DNA from: Methanobacteriota archaeon
GTDB lineage: Archaea; Thermoplasmatota; Poseidoniia; Poseidoniales; Thalassarchaeaceae
Assembly: GCA_002722595.1 (NCBI GenBank)
Contig: PBMO01000021.1
Coordinates: forward strand, 3,217 to 67,216
DNA: 64,000 nt
Reading direction: 5' to 3'
Below are positions 20,166 to 31,336 of the stretch, piece by piece. The notes below the pieces were generated by a model. That model did no database searches. It saw only the letters and a list, made by a program, of their open reading frames with translations, and had not been told where the DNA came from. Each line of letters begins with the position of its first letter. Position 1 is the first letter of the stretch. The position numbers and the translations under genes are program-made.

Positions 20166-22391
20166 TTAGACGCTCTCAATTCCCATCAGGGTGTCCGATT
20201 TTCGCCGGATACTTTCCAACCCACTGGTCAGTAACCCCTCGAGTTTTGTGTAGTACTCAATCATATCAGGTGTGATAGTCGGCCTCACTCGGGCAATCGC
20301 CTCTTCAAAGTGCTTTTTACTGACGGATTTTCGTTCTGCCCTCATTGCGATAAGTGCAGCTTCCCGACACACTGCTTCGACATCTGCACCAGTAAAGTTC
20401 TGCATAGAATCTGCAAGACTCTCCAGGTCAAACTTGCCCAGTGGCATATCTTTCGCATGAATTTTCAATATTTTTCTTAGGCTGGCATGGTCAGGTGGTG
20501 GGATGTGTAGGACACGTTCGAATCTACCACTCCTGAGTAATGCAGGGTCAATCATTTCTGGACGATTGGTTGCTGCAATAACTATGACGCCTTCCATCGC
20601 CTCAACTCCATCCATGCTTGACAACATTTGATTCACAACTCTATTAGATACATCACTACCTTCTCCAGAGTTCGCAGTTCTAGCTCCTGCAATTGATTCG
20701 AATTCATCAAGGAAGATGATACTAGGACTGGATTGTTTCGCTTTCTTGAACACTTCTCGGATAGCCTTCTCTGACTCACCAACCCATTTAGAAATCAATT
20801 CTGGCCCCTTTACGGTGATGAAATTCGCTTTTGCCTCGTTAGCAATTGCCTTTGCGATTAGCGTTTTACCAGTACCTGGTGCGCCAAATAGAACAATGCC
20901 TCGTGGTGGTTTTATCCCGAAATGCTCAAATCGATCCGGCATAGTCAATGGCCATTCAACACTCTCCTTTAGGCGGTCTTTGACTTCTTCTAAACCACCA
21001 ACATCATCCCAAGAAACTTCTGGGACCTCAACATAAATTTCTCGAAGGGCACTTGGTTCAATTTCACGGATTGCCAAACGGAAATCTCCCATTTGGACCT
21101 CCATCTTTTCGAGTACTTCAGGTGGGATTTCATCTTGATCTAAATCAATCTCTGGAAGGTATCGGCGAAGCGCCTTCATTGCTGCCTCACGGGTGAGACT
21201 CATGATATCTGCACCGACGAATCCATACGAATTTTCCAAAATCCATTCCATATCAAAGTCATCCGAAATTGGCATACCTCGAGTGTGTATATTCACAATC
21301 TCTCTACGACCATTCTTGTCTGGAACTCCGATTTCTAGTTCACGATCAAATCTCCCAGGTCGACGAAGGGCTTGATCAATAGCATCAGGCCTATTTGTTG
21401 CACCAATGACAACAACATTATCCCTGCCTTGCATTCCATCCATTAGAGTCAAAAGTTGTGCAACAACTCTGCGCTCAACTTCACCTGAGACATCTTCACG
21501 CTTGGGTGCGATTGAATCCAACTCATCGACGAAGATAATAGCTGGTGCATTTGAAGCAGCCTCATCAAATATTTCTCGTAGTTGCTTTTCAGATTCACCG
21601 TAGTACTTGGAAATGATTTCAGGCCCATTGATACTAGTAAAATGTGCATTCGTTTCATTAGCAACAGCCTTAGCAATCATGGTTTTACCAGTGCCAGGTG
21701 GTCCATGGAGTAAAACGCCCTTAGGCGGATCAATACCTAGTCTTCGAAATAGAATAGGATGCTTAAGTGGTAACTCAATCATCTCTCTCACTTTGAGCAA
21801 TTGGTCTCCAAGTCCCCCAATATCTTCATACATAATTGACGATACTTCTCCTGATTCCTCATCCTCAACCATTTCCTCTTTGATTACAATTTCTGTATCG
21901 GGAAGGACTCTCACTATGCCCTTAGGCCGAGTTGACACGATTGCAAACGGCAATGCTTCTGCAAAGAGTGTCATTCCAGGGATAAATATCCTATCTCCTG
22001 CAACCACTGGTCGCTTGTTTAGACCTCTTCTAGCAAAGCCTTCAATTCCTGAACCAAATTTGACTTTCTGCTGTTTTGCCATTACTGGACTTAGTATAAG
22101 CCTCTCACAATCAGAAGCTTCAACTTTGTTGATAGTAACACGGTCGCCAAGGCCAACTCCGGCATTCTTTCGAATAATCCCGTCGATGCGAATAACGCCA
22201 AGATTCGCGTCTTCTGGCCTACATCGCCAAACGATTGCTGCTGTGGTCCTCTCGCCCTTTATCTCGATAACATCTCCAGGTTTGAGTCCCAAATCATTGT
22301 CAAAAGGGACTCTTGCCCGCCCATGTCCAACATCGCTAGGTATCGCTTTTGCAACTCGCAGAGATAGTGTCTTTTCTTCATCATCAGCCAT
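20166..22391 (-). CDS. cdc48: CDC48/VAT family AAA+ ATPase
   Basis: N-domain plus two AAA modules ([25 protein letters not shown]); start ATG 22391 with GGAGG Shine-Dalgarno. Confidence 0.95.
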   Translation of the reverse strand: MADDEEKTLSLRVAKAIPSDVGHGRARVPFDNDLGLKPGDVIEIKGERTTAAIVWRCRPEDANLGVIRIDGIIRKNAGVGLGDRVTINKVEASDCERLILSPVMAKQQKVKFGSGIEGFARRGLNKRPVVAGDRIFIPGMTLFAEALPFAIVSTRPKGIVRVLPDTEIVIKEEMVEDEESGEVSSIMYEDIGGLGDQLLKVREMIELPLKHPILFRRLGIDPPKGVLLHGPPGTGKTMIAKAVANETNAHFTSINGPEIISKYYGESEKQLREIFDEAASNAPAIIFVDELDSIAPKREDVSGEVERRVVAQLLTLMDGMQGRDNVVVIGATNRPDAIDQALRRPGRFDRELEIGVPDKNGRREIVNIHTRGMPISDDFDMEWILENSYGFVGADIMSLTREAAMKALRRYLPEIDLDQDEIPPEVLEKMEVQMGDFRLAIREIEPSALREIYVEVPEVSWDDVGGLEEVKDRLKESVEWPLTMPDRFEHFGIKPPRGIVLFGAPGTGKTLIAKAIANEAKANFITVKGPELISKWVGESEKAIREVFKKAKQSSPSIIFLDEFESIAGARTANSGEGSDVSNRVVNQMLSSMDGVEAMEGVIVIAATNRPEMIDPALLRSGRFERVLHIPPPDHASLRKILKIHAKDMPLGKFDLESLADSMQNFTGADVEAVCREAALIAMRAERKSVSKKHFEEAIARVRPTITPDMIEYYTKLEGLLTSGLESIRRKSDTLMGIESV

Positions 22392-22534
22392 GTAATAGCC
22401 TCCAGAGCAAAGGGTGGATTCACTTCCCCTCCTAAAACCCATTCATTTCTTATTCTGGTTAAACCCCAGTCTGAGGGTTAGTCTTCAAGCGCCGAGATGC
22501 GAGGATTCATGATGGGGTTTGCACTCGACGAGAT

Positions 22535-24163
22535 ATGGCGCACGTCCTCTCAACAGGTTTAGAATTCCTAGAGCATAGCAATCCAAACGACTTACCCTGT
22601 GTGAAGGGTTACAATATAATCAATGGAGAACTCAAACTTTCAAGTGATGGTTCGACATTCAAATCAGTTAACCCCGCATGGTTGCAGGATTGTTTGGGTG
22701 AATTTCCACTTTCATCAGAAGCGGATGTTCATGATGCACTTCATGCCGCACGTGTTGCATTCACAGAATGGGCAGCAACACCTGCACCCACACGTGGGCA
22801 AATAATTGGCAATATGGGTCGCCTTTTGATGGAACATAAAGATGACCTCGTTCGTTTGCAGGCACGCGAAATCGGTAAAACGGTGAAGGAATGTGGTGGA
22901 GAAATTCAAGAAGCAATAGACACCTGTCTCTTCTTCCAATCTGAAGGTCGCCGCCTGTATGGTCAGACTGTGAACTCTGAACTTCCAGATAAAGAACTAT
23001 TCACATATCGTCGACCCTTGGGTGTATGTGGAATAATTAATGCTTGCAATTTCCCCTCTGCAGTACCATTTTGGAAGATGATCCCTGCAATTATGTGTGG
23101 AAACACATGTGTCTGGAAATCTCCTCAGGATTCCCCACTTCTGTCATTTGCCCTCGCACGGATAATGCATGAATCTGGTTTGCCTAACGGAGTGATCAAT
23201 CTTGTACATGGTAAAGGAAGTGGTGCAGGGCAACACTTAGTTGATGCAGTGGATAAAGGCCTAGTCAACAAAATATCGTTTACTGGAAGTACTGCGGTTG
23301 GAAAGATGATTGGAGAAGTTTGCGGTCGAAATTTGGTTTCAGCCAGTTTGGAATTAGGTGGCAAAAATCCATTGGTTATTATGCCAAGCGCAAACTTGGA
23401 TAATGCAGTTGAAGGAGCATATTGGGCCGGTTTTGGAACAGCAGGACAGCGGTGTACTAGTTTAGGCAATCTGATTATCCATGAAGAAATTTATGATGAT
23501 TTCATGGCTAAATTGATGGCCAAAGTCGAAAAGACGACTATTGGTGATTCTTTGAGAAATGATGGTGTTCTTTACGGTTCGATGTTGTCAGAAAAATATG
23601 CTGAAGATTTCCTCAAAGGAGTCGAAATGTGTGAATCTAGTGGTGCACGGAAAATCTTTGGTAACGGACGAATTTCTAATGAAAATAAACCAATAGGTTT
23701 CCTTGGTGATGCTTCCGAAGGAGTTTACATGTGGCCTCATGTTTTCGTAGATGTAAGCGAAGATATGCAATGTTTCCATGAGGAAATATTTGGCCCAGCT
23801 ATTACAGTAGTCAAGGCTAAAAATTTCGATCATGCCTTACATTTGGCTAATGCATCACCCTATGGTCTTTCTAGTGCAATTTATACAAACGACCGCCTTG
23901 AGGCTTACCGGTTTAAAACAGGCATAAAGGCAGGGATGACTGGAATAAACAATTCTACAACAGGTGCTGAGGCACATCTTCCATTTGGTGGTGTCAAAGG
24001 GTCAGGAAATGGGACTAGAGAATCTGGTATTTGGGTAATTGAAGCATATTCTTACTGGCATGCTGTAAATGATGAATTAAGTGGTAAATTGCAATTGGCT
24101 CAGATGGACGTTGATGAAATTGAAATCGAAGAAGCAGAAGTTGATTGGAGTTCTTTAGCTTGA
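22535..24163 (+). CDS. Aldehyde dehydrogenase family protein
   Basis: FTGSTAVG, LELGGKNP, GQRCTS, EEIFGP, PFGGVKGSG. Confidence 0.93.
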   Translation: MAHVLSTGLEFLEHSNPNDLPCVKGYNIINGELKLSSDGSTFKSVNPAWLQDCLGEFPLSSEADVHDALHAARVAFTEWAATPAPTRGQIIGNMGRLLMEHKDDLVRLQAREIGKTVKECGGEIQEAIDTCLFFQSEGRRLYGQTVNSELPDKELFTYRRPLGVCGIINACNFPSAVPFWKMIPAIMCGNTCVWKSPQDSPLLSFALARIMHESGLPNGVINLVHGKGSGAGQHLVDAVDKGLVNKISFTGSTAVGKMIGEVCGRNLVSASLELGGKNPLVIMPSANLDNAVEGAYWAGFGTAGQRCTSLGNLIIHEEIYDDFMAKLMAKVEKTTIGDSLRNDGVLYGSMLSEKYAEDFLKGVEMCESSGARKIFGNGRISNENKPIGFLGDASEGVYMWPHVFVDVSEDMQCFHEEIFGPAITVVKAKNFDHALHLANASPYGLSSAIYTNDRLEAYRFKTGIKAGMTGINNSTTGAEAHLPFGGVKGSGNGTRESGIWVIEAYSYWHAVNDELSGKLQLAQMDVDEIEIEEAEVDWSSLA

Positions 24164-24172
24164 GGGAACCAA

Positions 24173-24730
24173 ATGGAAATTACCAGAGAAACAGTTCGAA
24201 TTGCAATGTACATTACAGGTACATTGGTTTTGGCGTCATATGTATATGGTGTTGGAAAAATGGATGACCCAAACCAGTTATGGGGCGGGATTCCTGAATC
24301 TTGGCGAACGCTGAATGTGGCATGTATGTTTATTTCCGCAGCAGGTTTTCTGATAATGTGGTGGTTCTTTCTTTACAGATGGGATGTGGCAGCAGTTGAG
24401 TCGATTCAATGGCCTTGGGCTGATGGAGGAGTAGGAGGTGGCCACAGTCGTCTGTTAATCGCTTTCTTATTGGTCACAGTACCCTCTATGTTGTGGCTGG
24501 AATTCACATCATTGCATATTCGTACTGATGGGGCATGGACTCAATGGTTGGTTATCGGGACTCTCTCTTTGGTTTGCCTAGGAAACATCCTGCTTGGTTT
24601 ACTTGCATGGAGTGCCCACAAACAAGAGATTGCCCCTGATACAATTTGGCCTGTTTTAGGCGCAATTATGCTTGCAATCCAAGTGATTATTAACGATGGA
24701 ATCCTATGGAATCTGAAATATCCTTGGTGA
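24173..24730 (+). CDS. Hypothetical membrane protein (~5 TM)
   Basis: Trp-rich hydrophobic ORF 9 bp after the ALDH gene. Confidence 0.7.
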   Translation: MEITRETVRIAMYITGTLVLASYVYGVGKMDDPNQLWGGIPESWRTLNVACMFISAAGFLIMWWFFLYRWDVAAVESIQWPWADGGVGGGHSRLLIAFLLVTVPSMLWLEFTSLHIRTDGAWTQWLVIGTLSLVCLGNILLGLLAWSAHKQEIAPDTIWPVLGAIMLAIQVIINDGILWNLKYPW

Positions 24731-24746
24731 TTGGGGAAGCAGATAA

Positions 24747-25559
24747 TCAGATACAATATGGGCAAGAAATTGCTGGTACGTAGAGTGGAGACAATAATTC
24801 CTCTTCATTTAGTGGTTCCCTGCAAGCGAAGCAAACCTCTGCACCTGTGACATTCAATTCAGGATCCACTGCAACTCTTCGATCGAATACAAAGCAATCT
24901 CCATTCCAATGAGCCCCACCCATTTTCTCGAAATAACCTAGGATTCCACCTTCTAGTTGACGTACATCACGAAAACCTTGGTTCAACATAACAACGCTTG
25001 CCTTCTCACACCTGACTCCTCCGGTGCAAAACATGACGACAGTCTTGTCTTTGTCTAAACTTGAATTGTTAACTGCATCAGGAAAAGTTCTGAAAGTTTG
25101 AATATCAAAGTCTACAGCATTTTCAAAACTACCAATTCTAATTTCGTAATCATTGCGTGTATCTAAGACTGTGATGTCGCGCCCTTCATCCATCCATTGT
25201 TTAAATTCAGCCGGAGATATATGGGTACCGGTGAATTCAGCGGGTCTGACCTCATCCATTCCCATTGAGATAATCTCTTTTTTTAGACGAACATTCATGC
25301 GACGGAAAGCTAGTTTTTCACTATATGAAATTCTATGTGGAATCCCGAAAAAACGCTCATCTTGCTCAAGATATTGGATAAATCCATCGATTCCTTTTTG
25401 ATCGCCGCAAAGGAAGAAGTTGATCCCCTCTTTACTCAGTAAAATGGTTCCCAAAAGGTTGTTTTTTTCACAAATATCTCGAAATGGTTGACGTAATTCA
25501 TCACGATCAGGCATATCCACGAAGCGATAACCTGAAATGTTCACAAATTGTTCAGTCAA
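24747..25559 (-). CDS. trhO: TrhO/YceA-like rhodanese-domain protein (UPF0176)
   Basis: GTILLSKEGIN, VRLKKEII, DTRNDYE..IGSF, FCTGGVRCEKA, CFVFDRR; TTG start just after the thermosome stop. Confidence 0.8.
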   Translation of the reverse strand: MTEQFVNISGYRFVDMPDRDELRQPFRDICEKNNLLGTILLSKEGINFFLCGDQKGIDGFIQYLEQDERFFGIPHRISYSEKLAFRRMNVRLKKEIISMGMDEVRPAEFTGTHISPAEFKQWMDEGRDITVLDTRNDYEIRIGSFENAVDFDIQTFRTFPDAVNNSSLDKDKTVVMFCTGGVRCEKASVVMLNQGFRDVRQLEGGILGYFEKMGGAHWNGDCFVFDRRVAVDPELNVTGAEVCFACREPLNEEELLSPLYVPAISCPYCI

Positions 25560-25560
25560 T

Positions 25561-27138
25561 TCAATCTCCCTCCTCTCTCCAGTCTGGCTCCTGTGCATCC
25601 TGTTTAGCCCATAACACATCATCAATTCGTAAAACCGAGATGGCGGCTTCTGTAGCTCCAGAGATTGCATGTTTTGTTACACTGAGTGGCTCGGTAACAG
25701 ATACTTCTCCCATGTCTGTAATTTGCCCGGAATTTATGTCTAAACCTTGCCAAGCTGATTTTGAATCAGCCTGGGCTGCAGTTGCACGAAGCAACTCATC
25801 AATTGGATCCAAGCCTGCATTTGAAGATAGTATTCGGGGAATTGCCTCCAACGCTGCTGCAAATCCTTCGATGGCCATTTGTTCTCTACCTGGAATAGTT
25901 TCAGCGAATCGCCGCAATTGTCGTGCTAAAGCAATCTGCGAGGCCCCTCCACCAGGCAATATGTATGGTTCACGAATCAACTGACAAGCAACACCGAGCG
26001 CATCATCAAATGCTCTTTTTGCCTCCTCAAGACGTAAATCAGTCGAACCTCTAAGCACCACGGTGTTTCCACTTTTGGTTGGTCCTTCTATAATTACGTG
26101 GTCAACATTATTCCATTTTTCTTCATATATACGAGAAAACACACCAACATCCTCATCATCAATATCTCCTAAATCAAAGATAGGTCGGGAGCCTGTTGCT
26201 CTACAAATGTCTTCTAAATCCTGCCTTTCAACACGACGATATGCTAGGATTCCAGCATCTGCAAGCATGATATGTGCATCATCTTCAATGCCATCTCGGA
26301 CAATCAAACAACTGATTTTAGCAGAAACTAAATCATCAACTCTTTTTTGCAAATCAATGTTTTCTCTCTCTTGAAATGCCTTGATAGCACCCAATTGAGT
26401 AATCTTGAGGTTGGCATCAATTTCCGGTTTTCTTTTCTCTAACCCTCCATCCAATACGAGAATACGCCCTGTATCGGGTTTCATACTCATTTCGCGATGA
26501 ACTCTGGATTTTGCCAATACAATCCCTGAAACTAATTTGCTACTCATTATCGAACCAGTCCTGTGTTTAATGATTCGAGTATCTTCAGGTATTCCAGTTC
26601 CTTCTCTAATTGCTGCATTGTGTGCAAGTTCTGCTAATACATTTTGCAATCCTTGATCTCCCTTACCTGCAAGACTTGTTATTACGGTGTTAAGTGAATC
26701 ATTACTAGTTGATTTACGCGAGATATCTTTCAATACTTTTTCAATTATCGGTAGACACATTCGATAGCCAGAAGCGATTGTTGCAGGATGGATTCCCCGG
26801 TCAACTAACTCTAATGCATTTACGAGTAACTCTGCGGTTAGTATTACTGTGGATGTAGTACCGTCTCGAACCTCATCATCTTGAGCTCTTGATGTTGAAA
26901 TCAGCATTTGTGCGGTTGGATGCAGTACTTTTGCAGTTTCTAAAACGGTCACCCCGTCATTAGTTACAAGTGTACTACCATCACTTCCTAGTAACATCTT
27001 GTCTAGGCCCTTTGGGCCCAAAGTACTCCTTACAGCATCAGCTAGTGCAACAGCGGCTTCGACATTATTCCGAAGTGCCTGCCTGCCTGCAACTCGAGAT
27101 GTATCCTGGAGGACACTGTCCTGTTCATGTTGCACCAT
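25561..27138 (-). CDS. Thermosome (group II chaperonin) subunit, divergent
   Basis: STLGPKGLDKML, TNDGVTVL, DGTTS, GGGA, ATEAAISVLRIDD. Confidence 0.9.
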   Translation of the reverse strand: MVQHEQDSVLQDTSRVAGRQALRNNVEAAVALADAVRSTLGPKGLDKMLLGSDGSTLVTNDGVTVLETAKVLHPTAQMLISTSRAQDDEVRDGTTSTVILTAELLVNALELVDRGIHPATIASGYRMCLPIIEKVLKDISRKSTSNDSLNTVITSLAGKGDQGLQNVLAELAHNAAIREGTGIPEDTRIIKHRTGSIMSSKLVSGIVLAKSRVHREMSMKPDTGRILVLDGGLEKRKPEIDANLKITQLGAIKAFQERENIDLQKRVDDLVSAKISCLIVRDGIEDDAHIMLADAGILAYRRVERQDLEDICRATGSRPIFDLGDIDDEDVGVFSRIYEEKWNNVDHVIIEGPTKSGNTVVLRGSTDLRLEEAKRAFDDALGVACQLIREPYILPGGGASQIALARQLRRFAETIPGREQMAIEGFAAALEAIPRILSSNAGLDPIDELLRATAAQADSKSAWQGLDINSGQITDMGEVSVTEPLSVTKHAISGATEAAISVLRIDDVLWAKQDAQEPDWREEGD

Positions 27139-27245
27139 TGACACACGCGAGATACCGCCTTGCCTTGAATCCGCCGCTTTGCAATCCTTCATATATGACT
27201 AGACACTGGCACTATACAACCGCGGGTTAAGTAGTGGGTGTTATC

Positions 27246-27869
27246 ATGAATCAAGATGACTGGGAAGAGCAAATTCTGAAGCAGATGGTTGAAATGTTCA
27301 ATAAAATGGGTCTAGACGTTGATGAGAGCGATCTTTCACGAATGATGGAACAGATTCAATCGCAATTCGAAAGCATGGGCGTGGACCCTGAAAAAATACG
27401 TTCTGGCGAGGTCAAAATCAATCTGCAGAGTGATTTTGGCAATCTCAATGAAATGTTTGGAAAGGGAGGAATGCCTGACCTAAGTAACCTCCTCTCCAAC
27501 TTGGGTGTTGATGTCCGTATGGGTGCAGCTCCAGAGGAAGAAGCAGTCGAAGTACAGGTAGAGGATGCAGAAGAAGGAGAAGTTAGCAAAGTTCCGGTTG
27601 CTGATATGTTTGTCCAAGGCGATTCGATGAATATCACAATTGATATTTCAAGACACGACGAACTTGGTTTAGATGATTTGGAACTAAATCTGACAGGTGG
27701 AGGTTCAACCCTGCAGTTGATGCGAACAACTCAACCACGTCCACTACAGAGTTTTGAACTCCCAAAAGCCGCTGAAAGTGTTGATGGTTGGGAGTTGAAT
27801 AACGGTATACTCGATATCACACTTAAATTACAAGACAGAGAGTCTTTAGCACAAGATGGAGGAAATTGA
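27246..27869 (+). CDS. Small heat-shock protein (Hsp20)-like protein
   Basis: C-terminal alpha-crystallin-like ending [13 protein letters not shown]; directly upstream of dnaK. Confidence 0.65.
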   Translation: MNQDDWEEQILKQMVEMFNKMGLDVDESDLSRMMEQIQSQFESMGVDPEKIRSGEVKINLQSDFGNLNEMFGKGGMPDLSNLLSNLGVDVRMGAAPEEEAVEVQVEDAEEGEVSKVPVADMFVQGDSMNITIDISRHDELGLDDLELNLTGGGSTLQLMRTTQPRPLQSFELPKAAESVDGWELNNGILDITLKLQDRESLAQDGGN

Positions 27870-27870
27870 A

Positions 27871-29760
27871 ATGGGAAAAACACCAGTAATTGGAATTGAC
27901 TTAGGAACGACTAACAGTTGCGTAGCGACCATTGAGGGTGGTGAAGCAGTTGTTATTGCAAATGCAGAAGGAGCAAGAACCACACCAAGCGTGGTGGCTT
28001 TTGCTAAAGATGGTGAACGATTAGTAGGGGTTACTGCAAAGCGCCAAGCAGTAACTAACAATGAGCGAACCTTCATCTCAGTTAAGAGAGAAATGGGATC
28101 TGATTGGAAAGAAGGTGTTGATGAGAAGGAATACACACCACAAGAGATTTCTGCATTTATCCTGCAGAAGTTGAAAGCAGATGCTGAAGCCTACCTTGGT
28201 CATGAAATCAAGCAAGCTGTAGTTACTTGCCCTGCATATTTTACTGATGCACAACGCAAGGCAACTAAGGATGCAGGTAGAATTGCGGGTCTTGAAGTTC
28301 TTCGAATTATCAACGAACCAACAGCGGCAGCATTAGCCTATGGAGTCGATAAAGAAGACGACCAAACTATCCTGGTTTTTGATTTAGGCGGTGGTACATT
28401 TGATGTATCCATTCTCGAAATTTACCAAGTCGATGGGCAACCTCAAATCGAGGTAAAAGCCACAGCAGGAAACAACCGCCTAGGTGGAGATGATTTTGAC
28501 GAGAAGATTATCCATTGGTGTGTTTCAGAATTCAAGAAGAATAGTGGCATTGATTTGTCTGGAGATAACCAAGCGATGAGTCGTCTCAAGGAAGCTGCTG
28601 AGAAGGCCAAGATTGAGTTATCTGGAACCCAAACTAGCCATATTAATCTCCCATTTATTACGATGAAAGATGGGAACCCGGAGCATCTAGATCTAAACTT
28701 GTCTCGTGCACAGTTTGATGATTTGACTGCGCCTTTAGTTGAGGCGACAATGAAACCTACACAGCGTGCGATGAAGGATGCTGGTGTTACAGCTGGTGAC
28801 ATTGACAAGATTCTTCTTGTTGGTGGAAGCACTAGGATTCCTGCAGTTCAAGCGGCAATTGAAAAAGAAACAGGAAAGGCACCATTCAAGGGAATTAACC
28901 CTGATGAAGCCGTAGCAATGGGTGCTGCACTACAGGCCGGAATTATTGTCGGTGATGAGGGTGTAACCGATGTATTACTGCTCGACGTTACGCCACTCAG
29001 TCTTGGAATTGAGACCCTCGGTGGCGTTGCCACTCCAATGATTGAACGCAACACAACCATTCCAACGCGTCGCTCTGAAGTTTTCAGTACGGCTGCAGAC
29101 AATCAGCCTGCTGTTGAAGTTCACGTTCTGCAAGGTGAGCGGAAGTTCGCCAAGGATAATGTCACACTAGGCAAATTCTTCCTAGAAGGAATCCCACAGG
29201 CGCCTCGTGGTATTCCCAAGATTGAGGTCACCTTCGATATTGATGCAAATGGTATTGTTAGTGTGTCTGCTAAAGACATGGGTACAGGCAAGGAACAATC
29301 CATTCGAATCGAGAGTGCGACCAGCCTTTCAGAAGATGAGATACAACAGAAGATTTCGGAAGCTGAGCAATTTGCTGCTGAGGATGAAGAACGTCAGAAG
29401 AAGGTCGAGTTGCGTAATACTGCAGACAATATCGTGTACCAGACACGTCGAACACTAAAGGAAGCAGGTGACAAACTCGAGGGCGAAGATACCTCAGCGG
29501 TTGAAGACAAACTCACTGAACTTGAGGCCATGATTCGAACCGATGATGGTCTCGTAGCAGATGATGATCTCGATGAAGAAGCCATTCAGGCCAAGGTCCA
29601 GGAACTCGAAGAGGCCATGCATGGCATTTCATCAAAGTTGTATGAAGCAGCCGCTGCCAACATGGCAGAGGAAGAGAGTGGTGATCACACTGGCATGGAT
29701 GGTGCTGATGATGTGGTCGATGCCGACTTCGAAGTCGTCGATGATGACAACGATGAATGA
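27871..29760 (+). CDS. dnaK: Chaperone DnaK (Hsp70)
   Basis: [39 protein letters not shown] tail. Confidence 0.98.
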   Translation: MGKTPVIGIDLGTTNSCVATIEGGEAVVIANAEGARTTPSVVAFAKDGERLVGVTAKRQAVTNNERTFISVKREMGSDWKEGVDEKEYTPQEISAFILQKLKADAEAYLGHEIKQAVVTCPAYFTDAQRKATKDAGRIAGLEVLRIINEPTAAALAYGVDKEDDQTILVFDLGGGTFDVSILEIYQVDGQPQIEVKATAGNNRLGGDDFDEKIIHWCVSEFKKNSGIDLSGDNQAMSRLKEAAEKAKIELSGTQTSHINLPFITMKDGNPEHLDLNLSRAQFDDLTAPLVEATMKPTQRAMKDAGVTAGDIDKILLVGGSTRIPAVQAAIEKETGKAPFKGINPDEAVAMGAALQAGIIVGDEGVTDVLLLDVTPLSLGIETLGGVATPMIERNTTIPTRRSEVFSTAADNQPAVEVHVLQGERKFAKDNVTLGKFFLEGIPQAPRGIPKIEVTFDIDANGIVSVSAKDMGTGKEQSIRIESATSLSEDEIQQKISEAEQFAAEDEERQKKVELRNTADNIVYQTRRTLKEAGDKLEGEDTSAVEDKLTELEAMIRTDDGLVADDDLDEEAIQAKVQELEEAMHGISSKLYEAAAANMAEEESGDHTGMDGADDVVDADFEVVDDDNDE

Positions 29761-31239
29761 TTACTCAGTAATCAATCGATGTAGCGTTCGAACATGAATA
29801 CCAGTCGCGCCATTTGCAACCATTGCATTTGTTGAAGCACCCCATGCGGTACCAGCAATATCTAGGTGTGCCCATGGGATCTGTTCTCCATCTCGTTCCT
29901 GTACAAATTGCTTGAGGAAGCCAGCAGCAGTACAGGCTCCTCCCCACCGCCCTTTGCCCAAGTTTTGAACATCGGCGACTTTGGATCCAGTCATTTCTTT
30001 CTCAAATGCAGGTAGCAATGGCATGGGCCAAGCAATTTCATCCTCGGCATTTCCAGCCGCGTGAATTCGGGCGGACAAATCATCATTATTCGACCAAAGG
30101 CCACTGGCTTCATGCCCTAGTGCAACGACACATGCACCGGTTAGGGTTGCAAGATCGACGATATAAGATGGGTCGAGTTCTGCAGATTTCCATAAACCAT
30201 CAGCGAGTACGTTTCGACCTTCAGCATCGGTATTGAGGACTTCAATCGTCTTCCCAGAATACGTATCGATGATGTCGCCTGGGCGATATGCGCCCGCGCT
30301 TGGCATGTTTTCCGCCATGCAAGTAATTCCATTTACACGGCCTTTGTACCCACTTTCGTACAAGGCCACAAACAGTCCGAAGACCGTGGCTGATCCATGC
30401 ATGTCGAACTTCATGTCCCACATGCCAGCAGAAGGTTTGATCGAAATACCTCCTGTATCGAAAGTGATTCCTTTACCCACAATACAAGGAACTTGCTTGT
30501 TCTTATCTGTTGTCGGGTTGAGGCGGAAGAATACCATGCATGGCTTCCTCTCACTACCTTTACCTACTGCAATCACGCCATGCATGCCTTCCTTTTGCAG
30601 GCGTGCATAGTCCCAAACCTCAATTTCTACATTCGATTTATCTTTGGCCCACTCTGTTGCACGTCTCGCAAACTCCTCAGGATACATGATGTTGGCTGGT
30701 TCATTACCAAGTTCCCGAGCCATGTGAACTCCCTTCGTGATGGCTACAGATTTCGAAACCTCTGATTTCAGAATCTCTTGGTGTCGGCGACTAGCTTGGC
30801 AATCTAGACTCCAATTCTCTTGGTTCTCATCATCGTTCTTCTGCAGATATTTGTCAAAATCATAGTCACGGAGAATCATTCCTTCTGCAAACAAAGCCAT
30901 CATCGAAGTTGTCCACCCTGTGGTGAATCTTACAGTGATATTCGTACCATAGTCTTTGGAAAGTGCAGCCAAGGTTTTTGCCCCACCATCACGACATTCT
31001 TTGTCACTGGGACATTCACCCATTCCCACCAAGACAACTCGACATTCTGGTGTCCAAACACTGAGGTGCTTACCATTTTTTCCTGTAAATGATTCACTGG
31101 CAAGTGCTTCATTGACCAAACTTCGCTGTGTTCTCGACAAACCGTTCAAGGCGTTGTTTGGAGCCTTTTCTGTGCCCTCAAATAGGGGTAAAACCAGAAT
31201 ATCTCCAATGTGGCTAAATTCGCTTACGTTTGCATCCAT
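29761..31239 (-). CDS. pepA: Leucyl aminopeptidase (M17)
   Basis: GKGITFDTGG, MKFDM, NTDAEGR, DLATLTG, HLDIAG. Confidence 0.93.
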   Translation of the reverse strand: MDANVSEFSHIGDILVLPLFEGTEKAPNNALNGLSRTQRSLVNEALASESFTGKNGKHLSVWTPECRVVLVGMGECPSDKECRDGGAKTLAALSKDYGTNITVRFTTGWTTSMMALFAEGMILRDYDFDKYLQKNDDENQENWSLDCQASRRHQEILKSEVSKSVAITKGVHMARELGNEPANIMYPEEFARRATEWAKDKSNVEIEVWDYARLQKEGMHGVIAVGKGSERKPCMVFFRLNPTTDKNKQVPCIVGKGITFDTGGISIKPSAGMWDMKFDMHGSATVFGLFVALYESGYKGRVNGITCMAENMPSAGAYRPGDIIDTYSGKTIEVLNTDAEGRNVLADGLWKSAELDPSYIVDLATLTGACVVALGHEASGLWSNNDDLSARIHAAGNAEDEIAWPMPLLPAFEKEMTGSKVADVQNLGKGRWGGACTAAGFLKQFVQERDGEQIPWAHLDIAGTAWGASTNAMVANGATGIHVRTLHRLITE

Positions 31240-31336
31240 ATAATCACTGAACTCGCCGATTCAGTTCCGATATACAAAGGGTTGCGTCCCTGAATCCGCC
31301 CTTAATCGACGATTTCCACCAAGAAAATGCCCAAAA

